DNA of 64,000 nt from Eledone cirrhosa (taxonomy: Eukaryota): the NCBI GenBank assembly GCA_964016885.1, contig CAXHJY010001158.1:62001-126000 (forward strand), written 5' to 3'. Every line of letters starts with the position of its first letter. Positions within the stretch are counted from its first letter, which is position 1. The notes beneath the pieces were generated by a model. That model had not been told where the DNA came from. It did no database searches and saw nothing but the letters and a program-made list of their open reading frames with translations. Both the position numbers and the translations under genes were made by a program. Below, piece by piece: positions 37,501 through 49,742 of the stretch.

Positions 37501-40500
37501 ATCTCGGTGGTAGTAGCAAATATTCGAACGAGACATTCGTATGCGAAAGAACGTTTGTCGGTGGTAGTAGCAAATATTCGAACGAGACATTCGTATGCGA
37601 AAGAACGTTTGTCTGGAAGTGGCGATCCATGCTCGGTGGATAGTTGGTTCCGGGTTTTACTATGATTGTTGCAAAACAGAAACTTAAAGGGATTGACAGA
37701 ATTTGCGATTCCGGAGAGGGGGCGATCCGTCTGCTTGATTCCGATAACGAACGAGACATTCGTATCCGAAAGAACGTTTGTCTGGAAACTGGTGAGTCAG
37801 TGAGTCGAAAAAAAAATATCTCGGTGGTAGTAGCAAATATTCGAACGAGACATTCGTATGCGAAAGAACGTTTGTCGGTGGTAGTAGCAAATATTCGAAC
37901 GAGACATTCGTATGCGAAAGAACGTTTGTCTGGAAGTGGCGATCCATGCCCGGTGGATAGTTGGTTCCGGGTTTTACTATGATTGTTGCAAAACAGAAAC
38001 TTAAAGGGATTGACAGAATTTGCGATTCCGGAGAGGGGGCGATCCGTCTGCTTGATTCCGATAACGAACGAGACATTCGTATCCGAAAGAACGTTTGTCT
38101 GGAAACTGGTGAGTCAGTGAGTCGAAAAAAAAATATCTCGGTGGTAGTAGCAAATATTCGAACGAGACATTCGTATGCGAAAGAACGTTTGTCGGTGGTA
38201 GTAGCAAATATTCGAACGAGACATTCGTATGCGAAAGAACGTTTGTCTGGAAGTGGCGATCCATGCCCGGTGGATAGTTGGTTCCGGGTTTTACTATGAT
38301 TGTTGCAAAACAAAAACTTAAAGGGATTGACAGAATTTGCGATTCCGGAGAGAGGGCGATCCGTCTGCTTGATTCCGATAACGAACGAGACATTCGTATC
38401 CGAAAGAACGTTTGTCTGGAAACTGGTGAGTCAGTGAGTCGAAAAAAAAAATATCTCGGTGGTAGTAGCAAATATTCGAACGAGACATTCGTATGCGAAA
38501 GAACGTTTGTCGGTGGTAGTAGCAAATATTCGAACGAGACATTCGTATGCGAAAGAACGTTTGTCTGGAAGTGGCGATCCATGCTCGGTGGATAGTTGGT
38601 TCCGGGTTTTACTATGATTGTTGCAAAACAGAAACTTAAAGGGATTGACAGAATTTGCGATTCCGGAGAGGGGGCGATCCGTCTGCTTGATTCCGATAAC
38701 GAACGAGACATTCGTATCCGAAAGAACGTTTGTCTGGAAACTGGTGAGTCAGTGAGTCGAAAAAAAAATATCTCGGTGGTAGTAGCAAATATTCGAACGA
38801 GACATTCGTATGCGAAAGAACGTTTGTCGGTGGTAGTAGCAAATATTCGAACGAGACATTCGTATGCGAAAGAACGTTTGTCTGGAAGTGGCGATCCATG
38901 CCCGGTGGATAGTTGGTTCCGGGTTTTACTATGATTGTTGCAAAACAAAAACTTAAAGGGATTGACAGAATTTGCGATTCCGGAGAGAGGGCGATCCGTC
39001 TGCTTGATTCCGATAACGAACGAGACATTCGTATCCGAAAGAACGTTTGTCTGGAAACTGGTGAGTCAGTGAGTCGAAAAAAAAAATATCTCGGTGGTAG
39101 TAGCAAATATTCGAACGAGACATTCGTATGCGAAAGAACGTTTGTCGGTGGTAGTAGCAAATATTCGAACGAGACATTCGTATGCGAAAGAACGTTTGTC
39201 TGGAAGTGGCGATCCATGCTCGGTGGATAGTTGGTTCCGGGTTTTACTATGATTGTTGCAAAACAGAAACTTAAAGGGATTGACAGAATTTGCGATTCCG
39301 GAGAGGGGGCGATCCGTCTGCTTGATTCCGATAACGAACGAGACATTCGTATCCGAAAGAACGTTTGTCTGGAAACTGGTGAGTCAGTGAGTCGAAAAAA
39401 AAATATCTCGGTGGTAGTAGCAAATATTCGAACGAGACATTCGTATGCGAAAGAACGTTTGTCGGTGGTAGTAGCAAATATTCGAACGAGACATTCGTAT
39501 GCGAAAGAACGTTTGTCTGGAAGTGGCGATCCATGCCCGGTGGATAGTTGGTTCCGGGTTTTACTATGATTGTTGCAAAACAGAAACTTAAAGGGATTGA
39601 CAGAATTTGCGATTCCGGAGAGGGGGCGATCCGTCTGCTTGATTCCGATAACGAACGAGACATTCGTATCCGAAAGAACGTTTGTCTGGAAACTGGTGAG
39701 TCGAAAAAAAAATATCTCGGTGGTAGTAGCAAATATTCGTATGCGAAAGAAAAGATCTCGGTGGTAGTAGCAAATATTCGAACGAGACATTCGTAGGCGA
39801 AAGAAAAATATCTCGGTGGTAGTAGCAAATATTCGAACGAGACATTCGTATGCGAAAGAACGTTTGTCGGTGGTAGTAGCAAATATTCGAACGAGACATT
39901 CGTATGCGAAAGAACGTTTGTCTGGAAGTGGCGATCCATGCCCGGTGGATAGTTGGTTCCGGGTTTTACTATGATTGTTGCAAAACAGAAACTTAAAGGG
40001 ATTGACAGAATTTGCGATTCCGGAGAGGGGGCGATCCGTCTGCTTGATTCCGATAACGAACGAGACATTCGTATCCGAAAGAACGTTTGTCTGGAAACTG
40101 GTGAGTCAGTGAGTCGAAAAAAAAATATCTCGGTGGTAGTAGCAAATATTCGAACGAGACATTCGTATTCGAAAGAACGTTTGTCTGGAAGTTGCGATCC
40201 ATGCCCGGTGGATAGTTGGTTCCGGGCTTTACTATGATTGTTGCAAAACAGAAACTTAAAGGGATTGACAGAATTTGCGATTCCGGAGAGGGGGCGATCC
40301 GTCTGCTTGATTTCGATAACGAACGAGACATTCGTATCCGAAAGAACGTTTGTCTGGAAACTGGTGAGTCAGTGAGTCGAAAAAAAAAATATCTCGGTGG
40401 TAGTAGCAAATATTCGAACGAGACATTCGTATGCGAAAGAACGTTTGTCGGTGGTAGTAGCAAATATTCGAACGAGACATTCGTATGCGAAAGAACGTTT

Positions 40501-41266
40501 GTCGGTGGTAGTAGCAAATATTCGAACGAGACATTCGTATGCGAAAGAACGTTTGTCTGGAAGTGGCGATCCATGCCCGGTGGATAGTTGGTTCCGGGTT
40601 TTACTATGATTGTTGCAAAACAGAAACTTAAAGGGATTGACAGAATTTGCGATTCCAGAGAGAGGGCGATCCGTCTGCTTGATTCCGATAACGAACGAGA
40701 CATTCGTATCCGAAAGAACGTTTGTCTGGAAACTGGTGAGTCAGTGAGTCGAAAAAAAAATATCTCGGTGGTAGTAGCAAATATTCGAACGAGACATTCG
40801 TATGCGAAAGAACGTTTGTCTGGAAGTGGCGATCCATGCTCGGTGGATAGTTGGTTCCGGGTTTTACTATGATTGTTGCAAAACAGAAACTTAAAGGGAT
40901 TGACAGAATTTGCGATTCCGGAGAGAGGGCGATCCGTCTGCTTGATTCCGATAACGAACGAGACATTCGTATCCGAAAGAACGTTTGTCTGGAAACTGGT
41001 GAGTCAGTGAGTCGAAAAAAAAATATCTCGGTGGTAGTAGCAAATATTCGTATGCGAAAGAAAAGATCTCGGTGGTAGTAGCAAATATTCGAACGAGACA
41101 TTCGTATGCGAAAGAAAAATATCTCGGTGGTAGTAGCAAATATTCGAACGAGACATTCGTATTCGAAAGAACGTTTGTCTGGAAGTTGCGATCCATGCCC
41201 GGTGGATAGTTGGTTCCGGGCTTTACTATGATTGTTGCAAAACAGAAACTTAAAGGAATTGACAGA
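34598..41266 (+). repeat. rRNA-derived chimeric satellite, copy B (complete, ~20 monomers)
   Basis: Monomers of 263-459 bp; about 47 copies of the 28S motif GGTGGTAGTAGCAAATATTC by manual count; bounded by the 18S 5' and 28S 3' fragments. Confidence 0.93.
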
Positions 41267-41649
41267 ATTTTCGAATCGACATCAACTCGGCTACGGCTAT
41301 CCCGTCGAGTACGAGAGTATCGCGGGATCAGAGCAACGGTTTGCTAGGCTGCCTCTGAGCGATAACGGCTGAACGCCTCCTCTAAGCCGGAACCCTAGCC
41401 GGACCCGAGTTGTTTTTCGACAAGCGTCTCGACCTTCTTAAGGCCCATGCCTTAGTTTGGCGATTGCCGTCCGTTCGCCGACGGCGGCAGCGTCAGCGGA
41501 AATGCCATTCTGTGACGACTACGACGATTCGTCGTCGTCGTCGTCCATTCGATTTCCTGAAAGAGATAGAGACTAAAGTGATCAAATTGTTCGGAGTTAC
41601 GTGCTTAGTAGAGCAGCTACCACACTGCAATCTATTGAGAGTTTTCTGA
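41267..41649 (+). pseudogene. Degenerate 28S rRNA 3'-terminal fragment, copy B
   Basis: Same sequence as 4593-4975 at offset 36674. Confidence 0.85.
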
Positions 41650-43310
41650 CGAACGATACAATCCGCCCACGTGGCGCCAGAAAGGGAGAAGAAAAGAAAA
41701 GTTAGACGCCGCCGATCGATCGGTTCGTTGTTTTACGTGTACACAGCTTGTGTGTGTGTCTGTATGTGATACAAGCCGCCTATCCGTCTTCCAAGTAAGT
41801 TTTGTGTGTAGACTGCGGAAAGAAATCCAATCCGCCGTCTAGGCGGTTCTGCCGCCGACCCATACTTTTGCGAGTCGCTCCCGGGAAAGACAGGCGGCAA
41901 GACGGCGTGTATACACGACGCCTTCCGTCTTCCGCCTCGAACCCGGGCAAACGTTCCTTTATTCGTCCACGCCTTCCCGCTTCGATCGCGAGAAAGTAAT
42001 CAATCTGTTTTGTGTGTGTGTCTGTGTGTGATACAAATTTGTTTTCTTAATTTGATAACCATGAATTGTTTCAACACCGGCCCTTTTAAGGGCCACTTAT
42101 ATTTTCAATAATCAGTTTAAATGGGTTGCACCGTAGCCACTTGGTAATACACTGCAAATCTCCCGTCAATCTATGAAGGTTTTGTAGTAGATTAGATCAA
42201 AACACAATCAGCAAGACAGTAATGGAATGAATAATATAAACATTTGTTTATAATTAAAGCCTTAAGATGTCCCTCCCTCCCTCCCTCCCTTCCTCCCTTC
42301 CTTCCTTCCTTCCTTCCTTCCTTACGATATACACTTTAATAACATTGAAACTTATTTAATAAGTTTAAATTTTAAACACTTTTTATTCAGACGTACCGCG
42401 ATAAGTAACTAGATATGTTCTAACGAATAATCCGCGATGTGGCGAGGATTACCGCGATAGGAAATTAGATACGTTCCAAAGAAATATCCGCGAAAAGTGA
42501 ACCGCGATATAGCGGGTTCACCAGCCAGTGTATTACTGGTACTTTATTTTATCGACCCCCATAAGGATGAAAGGCAAAGTTAACTGTGCAATAACAAAGG
42601 GAGATAACCTCGTCTTTTTTTTTTTACGGAGTTATTTCCCTTTAAATTTTATCTATTACTTATGATGATACAATTTAATCAGTTCTTAGCTGTCGAGACA
42701 CTGCATCCTTTAAAACCTCCATGGAACAAGCTACCTGCAACAGTTGTTAGCTGTCGAGACACTGCATCTTTTAAAACCTCCATGGAACAAACTACCTGCA
42801 TCAGTTGTTAGGGTCTGAGTTCAAATCACGCCGAGGAGGTTAACTTTGCCTTTCATCCTTACGGGGTCGGTCGGAAAACGAACCATTCCCGGTTCGCTTT
42901 CGAAGCGGGTTTCCGAAAACAGCGCTTCTCTCGACCGGGCCCGTCGTCCGCTCGGCGGTGGTTTTCATCGTCCCAGGCACGGCTAACAGGCGGAGACGGG
43001 ACAAACGCGCGTGTTCCTTTTTTTATCAGCCGCAGCGCCGTTCGTATATATGCTTAGGTTGTTTTTTTTTTAAATATCCTAAGTTAAGTTGGGGCTAAGT
43101 TAAGTTGGGGCTAAGTTAAGTTGAGGTTAAGTTGAGTTGGGGTTAAGTTAAGTGGGGGTTAAGTTAAGCTGGGGTTAAGTTAAGTTGAGGTTAAGTCAAG
43201 TTGGGGTTAAGTCAAGTTGGGGTTAAGTTAAGTTGGGGTTAAGTTAGGTTGGGGTTAAGTTAGGTTGGGGTTAAGTTAAGTTGGGGTTAAGTTAGGTTGC
43301 GGTTAAGTTA

Positions 43311-46300
43311 CATTCGCCGCCGGACTTCAGCTTCCTCATTTAGCATGGGCAGTTTTTCTTGAAAATCACACCACACACAGCAAATGTGTGTCCGCACATG
43401 TACCAGTAATTACAGATCGATTCCGGTGAAAATTCACTGAAAACGGGCCATCCGGCCCTGTGCGTCGATCGTGGGCCGGCCGGATGTTGACGGATCGATG
43501 TGTAATTAGAAGTACATGTGCGGACACTCATTGGCTGTGCGTGGTATGCATTTCAGCAAGATATCTCCGTAACATCAAGAGTTATGGCTGTGGAGGCACA
43601 CCTAGTCAAACGTAAACAAGGTCTGGAGCGTTTACGCTTCGCGATTTTGTTTACGTTTGACTAGGTGTGCCTCCACAGCCACAACTCTTGATGTTACGGA
43701 GATATCTTGCTGAAATGCATACCGCGCACAGCCAATGAGTGTCCGCACATGTACTTCTAATTACACATCGATCCGTCAACATCCGGCCGGCCCACGATCG
43801 ACGCACAGGGCCGGATGGCCCGTTTTCAGTGAATTTTCACCGGAATCGATCTGTAATTACTGGTACATGTGCGGAGACACATTTGCTGTGTGTGGTGTGA
43901 TTTTCAAGAAAAACTGCCCATGCTAAATGAGGAAGCTGAAGTCCGCCGGCGAATGGTGTGCTTCGAAGAAAACTAATTCGAAAATGACCGTTTGCAGGCG
44001 GAGTAACCTTTTCGATCGTGGGCCAGCCGCCCGTGGTGGGATCCATCTGTAATTACTGGTACATGTGCGGACATACATTTGCTGTGTGTGGTGTGATTTT
44101 CAAGAAGAACTGCCCATGCTAAATGAGGAAGCTGAAGTCCGCCGGCGAATGGTGTGCTTCGAAGAAAACTAATTCGAAAATGACCGTTTGCAGGCGGGGT
44201 AACCTTTTCGATCGTGGGCCAGCCGCCCGTGGTGGGATCCATCTGTAATTACTGGTACATGTGCGGACACACATTTGCTGTGTGTGGTGTGATTTTCGAG
44301 AAAGACTGCCCATGCTAAATGAGGAAGCTGAAGTCCGCCGGCGAATGGTGTGCTTCGAAGAAAACTAATTCGAAAATGACTATTTGCCGGCGGAATCACC
44401 TTTTCGGTCCTGGTCCGGCCGGATCTTGCCGGATCGATCGGAAATTTGTGGACCATGTTCGGAAGGCCATTGTGCATGTGTGGTGAAAAAAATTTGTGTC
44501 GAAATCTTCTCGGAAAATAACGGATCGCCGGCGGAGATTGCCATTTCGATCGTGGGCCGGCCGGATCTTGTCGGATCGATTCGGACATATGTGCATCGTG
44601 TTCGCAAGGCCCTTGTCTATGTGTGGTGTGATTTTCATAAAGAAATTCCGAAAAACCCAGTTTTAAATCTGATTTCGCCAAAGAATTTTGGCTATCAGAT
44701 CGGGTTGAAAGGTATGGTTTCAGGTCGATCTGAAAGTCTAAAATGGAATTCACTCGGTTAGCTAACTATTGATATTTCGGAGATATCTTTCTGAAAATCA
44801 CACCACACACTCCCAATGAGTGTCTGCACATGTACCAGTAATTACAGATGGATCCCACCACGGGCGGCCGGCCCACGATCGAAAAGGTTACTCCGAAGCA
44901 CACCATTCGCCGGCGGAATTCATTTAGCATGGGCAGTTTTTCTCGAAAATCACACCACACACAGCCAATGAGTGTCCGCACATGTACCAGTAATTACAGA
45001 TGGATCCCACCACGGGCGGCTGGCCCACGATCGAAAAGGTTACTCCGCCTGCAAACGGTCATTTTCGAATTCGTTTTCTTCGAAGCACACGATTCGCCGG
45101 CGGACTTCAGCTGCCTCATTTAGCATGGGCAGTTTTTCTCGAAAATCACACCACACACAGCAAATGTGTGTCCGCACATGTACCAGTAATTACAGATCGA
45201 TTCCGGTGAAAATTCACTGAAAACGGGCCATTCGGCCCTGTGCGTCGATCGTGGGCCGGCCGGATGTTGACGGATCGATGTGTAATTAGAAGTACATGTG
45301 CGGACACTCATTGGCTGTGCGTGGTATGCATTTCACCAAGATATCTCCGTAACATCAAGAGTTATGGCTGTGGAGGCACACCTAGTCAAACGTAAACAAG
45401 CTCTGGAGCGTATACGCTTCGCGATTTTGTTTACGTTTGACTAGGTGTGCCTCCACAGCCACAACTCTTGATGTTACGGAGATATCTTGCTGAAATGCAT
45501 ACCACGCACAGCCAATGAGTGTCCGCACATGTACTTCTAATTACACATCGATCCGTCAACATCCGGCCGGCCCACGATCGACGCACAGGGCCGGATGGCC
45601 CGTTTGCAGTGAATTTTCACCGGAATCGATCTGTAATTACTGGTACATGTGCGGACACACATTTGCTGTGTGTGGTGTGATTTTCACGAAAAACTGCCCA
45701 TGCTAAATGAGGAAGCTGAAGTCCGCCGGCGAATGGTGTGCTTCGAAGAAAACTAATTCGAAAATGACCGTTTGCAGGCGGAGTAACCTTTTCGATCGTG
45801 GGCCAGCCGCCCGTGGTGGGATACATCTGTAATTACTGGTACATGTGCGGACACACATTTGCTGTGTGTGGTGTGATTTTCGAGAAAGACTGCCCATGCT
45901 AAATGAGGAAGCTGAAGTCCGCCGGCGAATGGTGTGCTTCGAAGAAAACTAATTCGAAAATGACTATTTGCCGGCGGAATCACCTTTTCGGTCCTGGTCC
46001 GGCCGGATCTTGCCGGATCGATCGGAAATTTGTGGACCATGTTCGGAAGGCCATTGTGCATGTGTGGTGAAAAAAATTTGTGTCGAAATCTTCTCGGAAA
46101 ATAACGGATCGCCGGCGGAGATTGCCATTTCGATCGTGGGCCGGCCGGATCTTGTCGGATCGATTCGGACATATGTGCATCGTGTTCGCAAGGCCCTTGT
46201 CTATGTGTGGTGTGATTTTCATAAAGAAATTCCGAAAAACCCAGTTTTAAATCTGATTTCGCCAAAGAATTTTGGCTATCAGATCGGGTTGAAAGGTATG

Positions 46301-47920
46301 GTTTCAGGTCGATCTGAAAGTCTAAAATGGGATTCACTCGGTTAGCTAACTTTTGATATATCGGAGATATCTTTCTGAAAATCACACCACACACTCCCAA
46401 TGAGTGTCTGCACATGTACCAGTAATTACAGATGGATCCCACCACGGGCGGCCGGCCCACGATCGAAAAGGTTACTCCGAAGCACACCATTCGCCGGCGG
46501 AATTCATTTAGCATGGGCAGTTTTTCTCGAAAATCACACCACACACAGCCAATGAGTGTCCGCACATGTACCAGTAATTACAGATGGATCCCACCACGGG
46601 CGGCTGGCCCACGATCGAAAAGGTTACTCCGCCTGCAAACGGTCATTTTCGAATTCGTTTTCTTCGAAGCACACGATTCGCCGGCGGACTTCAGCTGCCT
46701 CATTTAGCATGGGCAGTTTTTCTCGAAACTCACACCACACACAGCAAATGTGTGTCCGCACATGTACCAGTAATTACAGATCGATTCCGGTGAAAATTCA
46801 CTGAAAACGGGCCATTCGGCCCTGTGCGTCGATCGTGGGCCGGCCGGATGTTGACGGATCGATGTGTAATTAGAAGTACATGTGCGGACACTCATTGGCT
46901 GTGCGTGGTATGCATTTCAGCAAGATATCTCCGTAACATCAAGAGTTATGGCTGTGGAGGCACACCTAGTCAAACGTAAACAAGCTCTGGAGCGTATACG
47001 CTTCGCGATTTTGTTTACGTTTGACTAGGTGTGCCTCCACAGCCACAACTCTTGATGTTACGGAGATATCTTGCTGAAATGCATACCACGCACAGCCAAT
47101 GAGTGTCCGCACATGTACTTCTAATTACACATCGATCCGTCAACATCCGGCCGGCCCACGATCGACGCACAGGGCCGGATGGCCCGTTTGCAGTGAATTT
47201 TCACCGGAATCGATCTGTAATTACTGGTACATGTGCGGACACACATTTGCTGTGTGTGGTGTGATTTTCACGAAAAACTGCCCATGCTAAATGAGGAAGC
47301 TGAAGTCCGCCGGCGAATGGTGTGCTTCGAAGAAAACTAATTCGAAAATGACCGTTTGCAGGCGGAGTAACCTTTTCGATCGTGGGCCAGCCGCCCGTGG
47401 TGGGATACATCTGTAATTACTGGTACATGTGCGGACACACATTTGCTGTGTGTGGTGTGATTTTCGAGAAAGACTGCCCATGCTAAATGAGGAAGCTGAA
47501 GTCCGCCGGCGAATGGTGTGCTTCGAAGAAAACTAATTCGAAAATGACTATTTGCCGGCGGAATCACCTTTTCGGTCCTGGTCCGGCCGGATCTTGCCGG
47601 ATCGATCGGAAATTTGTGGACCATGTTCGGAAGACCATTGTGCATGTGTGGTGAAAAAAATTTGTGTCGAAATCTTCTCGGAAAATAACGGATCGCCGGC
47701 GGAGATTGCCATTTCGATCGTGGGCCGGCCGGATCTTGTCGGATCGATTCGGACATATGTGCATCGTGTTCGCAAGGCCCTTGTCTATGTGTGGTGTGAT
47801 TTTCATAAAGAAATTCCGAAAAACCCAGTTTTAAATCTGATTTCGCCAAAGAATTTTGGCTATCAGATCGGGTTGAAAGGTATGGTTTCAGGTCGATCTG
47901 AAAGTCTAAAATGGAATTCA
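43311..47920. repeat. Palindromic higher-order satellite, copy B (truncated on the right)
   Basis: Loops at 43620-43646, 45400-45426 and 46984-47010; ends abruptly at ATGGAATTCAC. Confidence 0.92.
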
Positions 47921-48599
47921 CACATTTTTAGTTATACTTTGAAGCACATTTTTTTTGTTACTATTATATTAAAAGTTATCTGGTTACGTTATTTGACTGG
48001 TATTTCTAGCATTTTACAAGGACCACGTGTGTGTTTTATTTAAGGAAGATCTAGTTGTTATTTCTGATATTTTCTTCATCAAGTTAGTTGCTATTTCCTG
48101 CATCCTCTTGAAGACAAGAAATAATAATGAATTAGCTGCTGTTTCTAGTAGGTTCTATGGTAGTGATGAGCGTGGGAGGGAGGTTTGACTGCTATTTTTA
48201 GCAGGTTCTAAGGCATTGAGGTTTATGTTTTACGAGAGATTTGGCTGTTATTTCTAACATGTTATAATGGAGAGAGAGAGAGAGTATAAGATATACAGAG
48301 AGAGGGAGTATAAGATATAGAGAGAGGGGAAACGGCCGATGTTTACGTTGAGAAAACCTAATAAAATGTTATAAATGGGTTTATAAAGAATAGAATGAGA
48401 TAAACAAGACAAAGTTAGATAAAATAAATCAGCTGTAAGGATATTATACGATATATTTATAATATTTTAATATATTTTTCCTGGTCGTCTGCTGCCATTG
48501 ATAGAGAGAGGAGTGGTGGGAGGTAGCCATAACAACCGTGGTAGCAGCACTGAGGTTTGTTTTTAAAGAAGTGAATACAAGAAAAACAAGCAACTAAGA

Positions 48600-49222
48600 A
48601 TATTAATCTCTTAAACCCTTCAAGATGTGTATGACAAGAAAGAAGACGTTTTAGAGTCGTATGACATAGATGATAACTGGAAATTCTTACGTGACAACTT
48701 ACTGCAGGCTACTGAAGAAACTTGTGGCTGGAGCAGAGCTCCGACCAGACAGAGAGTGACCTGGTGGTGGGACAACACGGTAGATAAGGCCATTAGAGAC
48801 AAAAGACTAGCATGGAACACTTGAAAAAATGGTGGGAGTAGAGACCGATACACAGCTGCTAAGAGAGAAGCTAGACGTCAGATGTACTTAGCACGCACGG
48901 AGGCTGAGAGTAGGAGGTTTGCCAATGTTCTGTGATGGGAAGATCAGAGGCGTGCGGTGTTCCACATTGCAAGGCATGGTGTCAGTGTAAATCAGGATGT
49001 TGTTGGAGATAAGTGTATCCGGAATGATGCCAGTGTACTTGGTGTCACGAATGATCAAAAAAAGGAGGCCTGGAAATATCATTATGAGAGGCTGATGAAT
49101 TGTGGAGAATGAATGGGAGAGAGGGAAACTATCCCCAGTAGACTCAACAGAGGGACCAGCTATTGAGATTGGGGAATATAGGGTACAAGAGGCAATTAAG
49201 GAAATGAAGAATGGCAAGGCTA
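48600..49222 (+). mobile_element. RTE LINE fragment, copy B only
   Basis: NWKFLRDNLLQATEETCGW...TWWWD and EGPAIEI...VQEAIKEMKNGKA, the linker between APE and RT. Confidence 0.8.
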
Positions 49223-49229
49223 CATTTAA

Positions 49230-49450
49230 CCCTTTAGCATTTAAACCAGCCATACCTAGCCAGAATACTCTCACATCTTTCTGTTCAAACCAGCCATAAC
49301 TGGCCACTCATACTGACGTTAAGGTATTGTTCTCAATATAAATAATATCAAAATCTCATAGATTCGATATTATATGAGATAATTATGTAAGATAAAGCCT
49401 TTACCACAAAAATACAATAGTATATATAGAGTAATAAAAATGCTAAAGGG
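49230..49450. mobile_element. piggyBac-like MITE, copy B
   Basis: Matches 12837-13057. Confidence 0.75.
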
Positions 49451-49742
49451 TAAAAGTAGCTTATTATTTTGTGAGCTCTTGCTACTTATTGCTCTTGTGC
49501 ATCAAGAACATACACAGCTTACATTTTGTTGCTAATCTCACTGAGATCCAACTACATCTCTTGTTTATCCATAGTTTGGAATTTCTACCTACTCCTTTCC
49601 TTTAGAATGATCAAGGCCATTTTCTTGTGGGGATCTAGGCCCTGTTTTCCTTTCTATTTTGCCAAGTTATCTTACATCACTTTCATTCTAGACCATGCTT
49701 CCAGGTTTGGAATTTCTCCTCTAATTTTACCACAGATTAAGT

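Noticed and set aside
34700-41200. CRISPR-like array (short repeats with dyads)
   Set aside because: The intervening sequences are identical rather than unique spacers, there are no cas genes, and the context is eukaryotic.
34412-41649. Functional 45S rRNA gene
   Set aside because: Only ~185 nt of 18S 5' end and ~380 nt of mutated 28S 3' end are contiguous; no 5.8S, ITS or remaining core.
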